Source: Desulfobacterales bacterium (GTDB lineage: Bacteria; Desulfobacterota; Desulfobacteria; Desulfobacterales; UBA11574). Taken from it: a stretch of DNA of 43,895 nucleotides. A program made the position numbers and the translations under genes. The notes under the pieces are model-generated. The model made no database searches and had not been told where the DNA came from. It saw only the letters and a program-made list of their open reading frames with translations. Of this stretch, positions 36,545-43,895 are shown in pieces. How positions within the stretch are numbered: the stretch's first letter is position 1; each line of letters starts with the position of its first letter. The stretch is from assembly GCA_032126435.1 (NCBI GenBank), contig JAQBBE010000147.1, positions 1 to 43,895 of the forward strand, written 5' to 3'.

Positions 36545-36758
36545 CTAAAAAATGGGTTGTGCAGGGCTCCTGATCGGGCCGTCAACGACGATGGCTTCAC
36601 CCAAATGCGAAACATTCGCCGGGGCCCGCCAGGGTGTCGGTTTTCGCTGTCCGGGCCAACGCAAAATTATCTATACTTTCTTGGCTAATAAATTTTGTCA
36701 ATTATTTTCTAAACTCAAGCACAAAAGACGTCCCGCTGGCGCGAGGATATATCACCGA

Positions 36759-37745
36759 ATGAAAAGAATACAAATAGTTGGAATTATAGCGCTTTTAATT
36801 TTGGGCCTCGCTGCTGAGGCCAACACTGCACCTGTAAACACCCCGGATGTCCGCCGCTATGTTTACACCGGCGACGGGAGGCTTAATCTTGTCAGCGCAA
36901 AGAACGGGATGTCCTTCAATGGGAGGTACCGGACAGGCAAGGGCATCTATCATGAAAAGGCTCTCAAAGCCATCGATGGTCTGTTTGGGGTTGACCATGA
37001 CCCGGACGGTTTCATCGTATCCCTGCGGCTGATCGAGTTTATCGATTTTTTAGAAGATCGTTTTCATCCAGGGGCACGGATCACCATCGCTTCCGGATGG
37101 AGAAGCCCCCAATACAATACCGATCTTCGCAACAAGGGAAAACTGGCTGCAACGGCCAGCCTCCATCAATACGGGATGGCGGCAGACATAAAAATAGCCG
37201 GGACGTCATCCAAGGACATCTGGAACACTGTCAAAAAACTCGGGTTCGGCGGAACCGGCTACTATCAGGGAGAACTCGTCCATGTGGATGTGGGGCCCGC
37301 GCGTTCATGGGATGAGAAAACATCCGGCGTGGGTACGGATATTTCGGTTCACAACAAACTGATCGCGCTCGTCACAGACTATGACGTTTATCTCCCGGGA
37401 GAGACGATCGCACTCAGATTCATCCGGATGACGGCATTTCCCATCGGTGTAGTACCTGAATTTGTTATTGAAAGTGTAGAAAAGGCCGGTCCATCCAAGG
37501 AGATCACCCGTTTTAAACCGTCGTTTGCATCCGCCGCCGCCGGCGACTGCCCTCGGTTTTCCCATATGGACCAGATGGCGGGAATCCTTTGGCAATTGCC
37601 CCGGGGTATCGCTCCCGGTCGATATACGATCCGTGCGTCATTCTGCCAAAGGCTATGGGACGAGATGTCGGTTGAAATCACCACACCTGAATTCGAAATT
37701 TTCGAATCGAGCGCAAACAAAATGAAGATCAACAGTAAAAAATAA
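36759..37745 (+). CDS. DUF882 / peptidase M15A-like (YcbK/MepK-type) exported protein with C-terminal extension
   Basis: Signal peptide MKRIQIVGIIALLILGLAAEA. ITIASGWRSPQYN, SLHQYGMAADI and LVHVDVG correspond to the M15A zinc-ligand blocks. ATG 36759 is preferred over 36552. Confidence 0.85.
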   Translation: MKRIQIVGIIALLILGLAAEANTAPVNTPDVRRYVYTGDGRLNLVSAKNGMSFNGRYRTGKGIYHEKALKAIDGLFGVDHDPDGFIVSLRLIEFIDFLEDRFHPGARITIASGWRSPQYNTDLRNKGKLAATASLHQYGMAADIKIAGTSSKDIWNTVKKLGFGGTGYYQGELVHVDVGPARSWDEKTSGVGTDISVHNKLIALVTDYDVYLPGETIALRFIRMTAFPIGVVPEFVIESVEKAGPSKEITRFKPSFASAAAGDCPRFSHMDQMAGILWQLPRGIAPGRYTIRASFCQRLWDEMSVEITTPEFEIFESSANKMKINSKK

Positions 37746-37829
37746 AAATTTCTGTGTGATATATGCTTGAAATTATGATAGTTATAAAAAAGTGTGCCTG
37801 ATTTAAAGCTCCTCAAAAAAGGTCCCGGT

Positions 37830-38474
37830 ATGATCGAAAATAACAAAGAGCCCCGTCTGAACATTCGGCAGTGCCAAGTCGGCCCCTGGGGTCTGAATGC
37901 ATATGCTCTGGTTTGTTCAAAGACCCGAAAAAGTGTCCTGATCGACCCCGGAGCCGAGCCGGCGGCACTGGAGCGACTGCTGGCGGAAACTGACCCGATA
38001 GCCATATTACTGACCCACACCCATTCTGATCACACAGGCGCGTTGGCTGAAATGCGAAAACGACTGAAGGTCCCGCTAATGGCGCATCCCGGACATCACG
38101 CCGACGTTATGAAGGAGGCTGCCGACCAATGGCTACACCATGGGAGCACGATTCACGTCGGCGATCATCGAATAAACGTCTATCACACACCGGGCCACAG
38201 TGCGGATCAAATATCTCTGAGGGCGGAATACCATCATTACGCCATCGTCGGAGATACAATTTTCGAAGGTGGTCCGGGGAAAACAGGGTCTGGAGAAGAG
38301 TTCCGGATCACCCTGGAAACATTACGAAAAATCGTGTTGTCCTGGCCGGATGAGACCGTCTGTTATCCCGGTCACGGGCCTTCATTTTGTTTGGGGGATA
38401 AGCGGCAAGATATCGAAAAATTTCTCAATAAGGATCATGGATCTTTTTTTGGAGATGCAACCTGGGATATGTAA
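37830..38474 (+). CDS. MBL-fold metallo-hydrolase (glyoxalase II-like)
   Basis: HxHxDH motif (THTHSDHTGA), TPGHS, later GD..F and GHGP blocks. The start could be GTG 37794 or ATG 37830. Confidence 0.85.
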   Translation: MIENNKEPRLNIRQCQVGPWGLNAYALVCSKTRKSVLIDPGAEPAALERLLAETDPIAILLTHTHSDHTGALAEMRKRLKVPLMAHPGHHADVMKEAADQWLHHGSTIHVGDHRINVYHTPGHSADQISLRAEYHHYAIVGDTIFEGGPGKTGSGEEFRITLETLRKIVLSWPDETVCYPGHGPSFCLGDKRQDIEKFLNKDHGSFFGDATWDM

Positions 38475-38515
38475 CACCCTAATTGATCGTAAAAAGACTC
38501 GGAAAGGTTTTTAAT

Positions 38516-39778
38516 ATGTCGTCAGCAAAGGGTATGATTGTCCTCATGGGCTCCGGTGAACTCACCGCCACAATGGTGGAGGTGCACAAAAAAATACTCG
38601 CCCGGCTGCCGGACCCTCCCAATGCGATTTTTTTAGACACCCCCGCCGGGTTTCAGCTGAATGTCGAAGAGATTTCCAGGAAAGCCGTGGAATATTTTCG
38701 GGTTCACGTTCAAAAACCCCTCGCCGTCGCCTCGTATCAATCCGCTGAGAATACCACGGCATTTGAAGCCGAAACAGCGTATGATCTGCTGCGAAACGCA
38801 CATTTTGTGATAGTGGGACCGGGCAGCCCCACCTATGCGGTTCGTCAGCTTCAGAAAACACCGATCCCCGAAATTCTCAATACCGTCATTCAATCCGGCG
38901 GCTGCCTGGTGGCTGCAAGCGCAGCCGCCCTGACCATGGGCCGCCATACCCTGCCCGTTTACGAAATATACAAGGTCGGCCAGGAAATCCACTGGATCGA
39001 CGGACTCGATATTTTAGCACCATTCGGTTTCAACCTGGTTGTCGTTCCCCATTGGAATAACGCCGAAGGCGGAACCCACGACACACGGTTCTGTTTTATG
39101 GGAGAACCCCGTTTTCGGAAACTCGAGGCACTTTTGCCGGAAGACACAACGATTTTGGGTATCGACGAGCATACCGCCTGCATCATCGATCTTCACGCGC
39201 AACGAATCGACATCCAAGGAATCGGAGACGTCACCCTCCGAAAAATGGGGCGTGAAATAAAATTCAGCAAAGGAGACCCGCTGCCGTTTGAAGCACTGGC
39301 TGAGGAAATGGACCTCGGAGAATGGACCTCCAAAGAACCTGATGGAATCGACGGCGCCGTCGACCTGAAGGCCCCGGAAAAAAACGTGTTGAGTCGAGCG
39401 AGTGTCATCGAAGCTTCTCTTCGCAAAGGGCTGGCGCACCAGGATCAAAAAGCCGCCACCAATGCCCTTTTGGCGTTGGACAGCACCATCTGGAAAGCGC
39501 AAAGGGATTTGGAGGATGCCGAAAGCATTTCTCAAGCGCGTGAAATCCTGAGAGAATCGATTGTTCTTTTGGGGGCGGAATTGGGTCCTTCACCCCACCG
39601 CCTTCGAGAATCCCTGGCGCCATTGGTGGAACGAATGCTTCAATTGAGGGTGGAGTTTAGAAAAAAACAACAATGGTCGGACGCTGACAGCATCCGGGAT
39701 ATCCTTTTGCAAGCCAACATCCGCGTGGAAGATACCGAAGACGGGTTTCGCTGGCGAATCATCGATGAAAACCTTTAG
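38516..39778 (+). CDS. Uncharacterised two-domain protein: peptidase S51/cyanophycinase-like fold plus CysRS C-terminal-like helical tail
   Basis: N-terminal blocks (IVLMGSGE, FLDTPAG, FVIVGPGSPTYAVRQL, GGCLVAASAAALTMG) follow the order of S51 family blocks (GGxE, ..AS, GGdQ.rl, GTSAGA). The C-terminus (RVEFRKKQQWSDADSIRDILLQANIRVEDTEDGFRWR) resembles the extreme C-terminus of cysteinyl-tRNA synthetases. No HIGH or KMSKS motifs. Confidence 0.7.
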   Translation: MSSAKGMIVLMGSGELTATMVEVHKKILARLPDPPNAIFLDTPAGFQLNVEEISRKAVEYFRVHVQKPLAVASYQSAENTTAFEAETAYDLLRNAHFVIVGPGSPTYAVRQLQKTPIPEILNTVIQSGGCLVAASAAALTMGRHTLPVYEIYKVGQEIHWIDGLDILAPFGFNLVVVPHWNNAEGGTHDTRFCFMGEPRFRKLEALLPEDTTILGIDEHTACIIDLHAQRIDIQGIGDVTLRKMGREIKFSKGDPLPFEALAEEMDLGEWTSKEPDGIDGAVDLKAPEKNVLSRASVIEASLRKGLAHQDQKAATNALLALDSTIWKAQRDLEDAESISQAREILRESIVLLGAELGPSPHRLRESLAPLVERMLQLRVEFRKKQQWSDADSIRDILLQANIRVEDTEDGFRWRIIDENL

Positions 39779-39868
39779 CTCGCAGCTCTCAGGGTCCATG
39801 GATTCGGGCTGTGGAAACGACACGGAAGGCATTGAAATCCAAATAACGCCATTGGGATCCAACGAAAA

Positions 39869-40873
39869 ATGTCTATGATCCAGACAGAACAAGCGATAAA
39901 GATCCAGACAGAATCCTTCGAGGGTTTTGAATCTATTTTTTTAAACGAAGAATTCGCCCTCGGCTGGAATTGTCTGTTTGTCCTTCCGGTGTGGCTGAAA
40001 TCCTGGTGGGATGTATTCGGCGGCAATCAAGATCCGGAAATTTTGACGGGATATCGTCATGGAAAACTCATCGGTGTTGCGCCGCTGCATGTGGAAGAAA
40101 ACACCGCACGGTTCATCGGGGGAGAAAATATCTGCGATTACCAGGATATGGTCGTGGCCCCGAACCATCATCAGGAATTTCTTGGGGCCGTTTTATCCTA
40201 CCTGAAAAAAAGGGGAATCCAATCCCTTGAATTGGGCGCCTTGAGACCCGAGTCCATCTCGCTCACACAACTGCCCGACATGGCCCGGCGAAGGGGGCAC
40301 ACCGTTGTGTGTGACCCGGCGGGTATAAGCTCTGAAATCGCACTGCCCGGCACCTGGGAATCCTATCTCCAAATGCTGGGGGGCAAACAGCGCCATGAAA
40401 TTCGACGTAAAATTCGGCGGCTCAACGAGGCGGGTCACGTCCGGTTTCGAGTCATACAACGGCCGGAAGAGATTTCAGAACATATGGACATCTTTTTTTC
40501 TATGTTTACGGCGAGCCGACCGGACAAATCCGAATTTTTGACCGACCCCATGTTGTCTTTTTTTCTGCTGCTGGCCCGAAGAATGGCCCAGCACGGGTTT
40601 TTCAGAATGTCTTTTTTAGACGTCGATGGGGTGCCGGCAGCCGGTGTGATGTGTTTCGATTATAACCATACGATTTTCCTTTACAACAATGGATATGATC
40701 CTCGGTTTGGCCAGCTGGGTGTCGGGTTACTCAGCAAGGTATACAGTATTAGAGACAGCATCGAACAAAAAAGGCTCCGGTACGATCTGTTAAAGGGCAA
40801 TGAAGTCTATAAAAAACGATTGGGAAGCACGCCGGTTCCCCTGTATCGCTTAAAGATCGACCTTGAAGGATAA
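39869..40873 (+). CDS. FemAB/CelD-type GNAT-fold acyl or aminoacyl transferase (Acetyltransf_6-like)
   Basis: 334 aa. WxxL...P.FLS..WL..WW-type N-terminus, KQRHEIRRKIRRL block, and C-terminal YNNGYDP.F..LGVG.LL......D.I....R.YDLLKG.E.YK..LG typical of this family. Confidence 0.78.
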   Translation: MSMIQTEQAIKIQTESFEGFESIFLNEEFALGWNCLFVLPVWLKSWWDVFGGNQDPEILTGYRHGKLIGVAPLHVEENTARFIGGENICDYQDMVVAPNHHQEFLGAVLSYLKKRGIQSLELGALRPESISLTQLPDMARRRGHTVVCDPAGISSEIALPGTWESYLQMLGGKQRHEIRRKIRRLNEAGHVRFRVIQRPEEISEHMDIFFSMFTASRPDKSEFLTDPMLSFFLLLARRMAQHGFFRMSFLDVDGVPAAGVMCFDYNHTIFLYNNGYDPRFGQLGVGLLSKVYSIRDSIEQKRLRYDLLKGNEVYKKRLGSTPVPLYRLKIDLEG

Positions 40874-40888
40874 ACGGGGAAGCATCAA

Positions 40889-42115
40889 ATGAAGTCTCGT
40901 CCGTCTGCGTTGAATATTGCCATGCTCAGTATTCATTCGAGTCCCATTGGGGATCTGGGAACCCAAGATACGGGCGGTATGAGCATCTATGTTCGGGAGC
41001 TGGCCCAAGAAATCGGCCGCCGAGGGCATTGCATCGACATCTTCACCCAGCACAATTCCGGCCGGCACAAACGGGTGGTGGATCTATATGACAACGTCCG
41101 GCTCATCCACTTGTCCGGAGAAACGCGGGGCAACGTATCCAAACATTCCCTTTATGCATATTTGCCGCAGCTTTTTCACGATCTGGAATCCTTTAAAATC
41201 AAGGAAAGCATTGAATATGATATCCTCCACAGTCATTACTGGCTCTCCGGAGTTTTGGGAGCCATGGCCCAGTCCGCCTGGGATATCGATCACCTGCTCA
41301 CGTATCACACCATCGGCGCAGTAAAACAACAGACCTGTCCGTCGGAGCATGAGACTGAATTGCGGCTGACCAGCGAACGAAGACTGGCCAGGGTTTGTGA
41401 TGGGCTGGTCGTTGCCACCCAAAAGGAGAAGGAATATTTAAGCCGATATGATGATGTGTCTGATGACAAAATTACAGTGATCCCGTGCGGCGTTGATCTT
41501 GACCGATTCAAACCCTTGGACAAACCATCCGCCCGCCGGCAATTGGGGTTTTCCGGCGATGATTTCATAATACTCTACGTGGGACGGTATGCCCCCGTAA
41601 AGGGACTCAACCGCCTGTTGGAAACCGTTGGCCACCTGACACATCTTCCGGGTCTTCGGCTGGTCATGGTCGGAGGAGACGGTCCGCACACGCCAATGTT
41701 TCGACAGCTGCAGTCTGAAGCAACGGCGTTGAACATCCAAAATCGCGTAACGTTTGCCGGAAGGGTCGAACAGAAAATCCTGCCACAATATTACAGTGCT
41801 GCGGATGTTCTCGCCGTGCCGTCCTATTATGAGAGCTTTGGTCTGGTGGCGCTCGAAGCCTTGGCGTGCGGAACGCCCGTTGTGACAACACCGGTGGGGG
41901 CCATGGAAAAGATTGTAAAAGACGGCGTGACCGGATATGTGGCCACGGATTCGGATCCAAAACATTTTGCCCGTCAGATCGAAGCCATTGGGTTAAAACA
42001 GCAGCAAGGCGACCTGTCGCCGTCTAAAATTCGGGCGTCGGTGACGGAATTTACATGGGCACGATCCGCTTCTTTGTTGCTCGAAGCCTACCGACGGGCC
42101 TTGCACGAACAATAG
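40889..42115 (+). CDS. GT4 glycosyltransferase, MshA-like (candidate inositol-phosphate N-acetylglucosaminyltransferase)
   Basis: [38 protein letters not shown] and TYHTIGAVK track MshA blocks as I recall them ([46 protein letters not shown]). E-x7-E region [18 protein letters not shown]. Confidence 0.85.
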   Translation: [408 protein letters not shown]

Positions 42116-42142
42116 AAAAATTTAAAAAAGAGGAGATTCAAT

Positions 42143-42838
42143 GTGTCGGATAGATCAGAAATAATGGTGATTACCGCCCATCCGGATGACGCAGAATTCG
42201 GTTCGGCGGGTTCTGTCGCCAAGTGGACCCGGGAAGGTCGACGGGTTGTCTATGTTGTGTGCACCAGCGGTGACAAGGGCACCGAAGATCCGGATATAAC
42301 GCCGCAACAGCTTGCAAACATTCGAGAAAAAGAACAGAAAGCAGCCGCAGCGGTATTGGGGGTTTCTGATGTGGTTTTCCTCCGATATCCAGATCAGGAG
42401 CTCGAAGATACGCCGGATTTCCGCAAAACCATCGTGAGACAAATCCGAACGTATAAACCTGAAATGATCGTAACATCGGATCCATACCGGCGCTACATCT
42501 GGCACAGGGACCACCGCATCATCGGCCAGGTAACCCTGGATGCGGTCTTTCCCTATGCCCGAAACCTGCCGGCCTACCCGGATTTGATCGAAGAAGGGCT
42601 CATGCCCCATAACGTTCAAAAAATCCTGTTCTTCGGCGCTGAAGACGTCAACTTGCGTATCGACATTACCGAGACCTTTGACCTCAAGCTCGCTGCGCTG
42701 CGCTGTCACGAAAGCCAAATGTCCCAGCTAAACATTCCGGATCTGGAAAAAATGCTGTGGGAGCGGTGCCGGAAAATGGCCGAAGGGGCTGATTTCGAGG
42801 TGGCCGAAGCGTTCCACCAGGTGACGGTGCCCCTTTGA
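42143..42838 (+). CDS. PIG-L/LmbE family N-acetylglucosaminyl deacetylase (MshB/BshB-like)
   Basis: VITAHPDDAEFG, CTSGDKG and HRDH motifs. GTG start 6 nt after AGAGGAG. Confidence 0.88.
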   Translation: MSDRSEIMVITAHPDDAEFGSAGSVAKWTREGRRVVYVVCTSGDKGTEDPDITPQQLANIREKEQKAAAAVLGVSDVVFLRYPDQELEDTPDFRKTIVRQIRTYKPEMIVTSDPYRRYIWHRDHRIIGQVTLDAVFPYARNLPAYPDLIEEGLMPHNVQKILFFGAEDVNLRIDITETFDLKLAALRCHESQMSQLNIPDLEKMLWERCRKMAEGADFEVAEAFHQVTVPL

Positions 42839-42877
42839 TGGGGACCTTGAATCCGTCCTTCTGATATTCTGCGGGAT

Positions 42878-43483
42878 TTATGGAAATTCCAGCAACGCGT
42901 TTAATCGATCCGACAGTATCTCGGCAGTGGTAAAGCAGATGCCGTGAAGCCCCAATGCCTCAGCGGCCTTTACGTGCTCCAGGGTGTCGTCGATGAAGAC
43001 GGCCGCCCCGGGTTCAACCCCCAATCGGCCGAGGGTCATCTCGAAGGCCGCCGGATCGGGCTTGACCACCCCCTCGTCGCCGGAGCAGAAAACAACGTCG
43101 AACAAATTGCGTATATTCCAATCCACCAGCCAGTTCGCCAAACCCGGCGGCGAATTGGAGAGCACCGCCAGTTTGTAGCGGCCGTATAATAGACCCATGA
43201 GTTCTGCCACACCCGGGTTGATGGCCTCATCGGCATGATAACGTCGACGGAACGCATCGATTTCTTCGGCAGAGTTCAACCCGAGTTCAGGTCCGATAGC
43301 GTACCAGAACGCTTCGGCGGTCTTTCGGCCCAGCAGAGCGTCTTTCCAGGCGTCGCTGCCGAACATGATGGCGTTGATGGACTCGGGGGCGAGCCCCAGA
43401 TCCTTCTCGTATCGAGCAAACAGAGCGGGCGGCTTTTGGGCCGAGATGACCCGCCCGAAATCGAAAATTATCCCTTGTATCAT
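42878..43483 (-). CDS. HAD-superfamily hydrolase (phosphatase)
   Basis: MIQGIIFDFGRVI (DxG nucleophile motif), VLSNS, and FIDDTLEHV. ATG 43483 is preferred over 43525. Confidence 0.85.
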   Translation of the reverse strand: MIQGIIFDFGRVISAQKPPALFARYEKDLGLAPESINAIMFGSDAWKDALLGRKTAEAFWYAIGPELGLNSAEEIDAFRRRYHADEAINPGVAELMGLLYGRYKLAVLSNSPPGLANWLVDWNIRNLFDVVFCSGDEGVVKPDPAAFEMTLGRLGVEPGAAVFIDDTLEHVKAAEALGLHGICFTTAEILSDRLNALLEFP

Positions 43484-43603
43484 AACCAAAGAGATTGCCC
43501 GTTTGAAGTCAACGACCCCCCGCAAATCGGGTGTCTTGAATTTGTCCGCCTATTTTTAGCGGACAACGGCAAAAGCACGTGAGTGCTTTAATCGTTGCAC
43601 TTG

Positions 43604-43895
43604 CTACCGGGTGCCAACGCACCCGGTTTTTGCAAAAATAAAATCTTCCACCAATGAAAATGCAACATCGTCCGTGTATTGAACCGGTGGATGTTTGCAA
43701 TAATAAGCTGACGGGGCTTCCAACACACCCCCCACATTTCTTTGGATGGCCAGTTTGCACAACCGGATGCAATCGATGACAGCGCCGGCGGAATTGGGTG
43801 AATCCTCCACGGAGAGTCTCAGTTCGACATTCATGGGCAGATTGCCGAAAATCCGCCCTTCCATGCGAATAAAACATACTTTCTGGTCATCCAGC
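43604..43895 (-). CDS. ino1: myo-Inositol-1-phosphate synthase, 3' fragment (gene continues past the right edge of the window)
   Basis: The frame is open to the window edge. FGNLPMNVELRLSVEDSPNSAGAVIDCIRLCKLA..GGVLEAPSAYYCKHPPVQ matches the conserved MIPS C-terminal region. Confidence 0.85.
   Translation of the reverse strand, partial: LDDQKVCFIRMEGRIFGNLPMNVELRLSVEDSPNSAGAVIDCIRLCKLAIQRNVGGVLEAPSAYYCKHPPVQYTDDVAFSLVEDFIFAKTGCVGTR

Overview
This 43.9 kb window looks like bacterial chromosome. From gene content alone it is most consistent with a Desulfobacterota (deltaproteobacterial) anaerobe: class I LysRS, CooT, AzlCD, parAB, probable selenocysteine use and several anaerobe-type small proteins. 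I can support about 47 protein genes. Most are housekeeping: priA, polA, queF, lysK, an EF-G paralog, parA/parB, ispH, plsY, prfC and typA. I found no rRNA, tRNA or CRISPR array. Six things stand out. (1) At the right end (37.8-43.9 kb) a gene set matches the enzyme classes of actinobacterial mycothiol biosynthesis: inositol-1-phosphate synthase, HAD phosphatase, MshA-like GT4, LmbE/MshB-like deacetylase and a double-GNAT/FemAB-like transferase. The CysRS-type ligase is missing, and in its place sits an unusual S51-like protein with a CysRS C-terminal-like tail. (2) A secreted DUF1573 protein has an in-frame TGA exactly at the first Cys of the family's CGCT motif, making it a candidate selenoprotein. 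(3) IspH is fused to a UbiA-type membrane prenyltransferase domain. (4) A gene-poor accessory patch (25.6-28.4 kb) holds two paralogous Arg-rich ERRSG/DRR-repeat miniproteins, an orphan CI/PrtR-like S24 repressor with matching operators, coupled small ORFs, large hairpins and a 25-nt direct repeat pair. (5) A 214-nt palindromic MITE-like element with an 8-bp target-site duplication lies in the lysK leader. (6) A terminator-like hairpin sits in the typA leader, next to a 520-nt gap with no confident gene. All functional calls rest on motifs read by eye. No database search was run.
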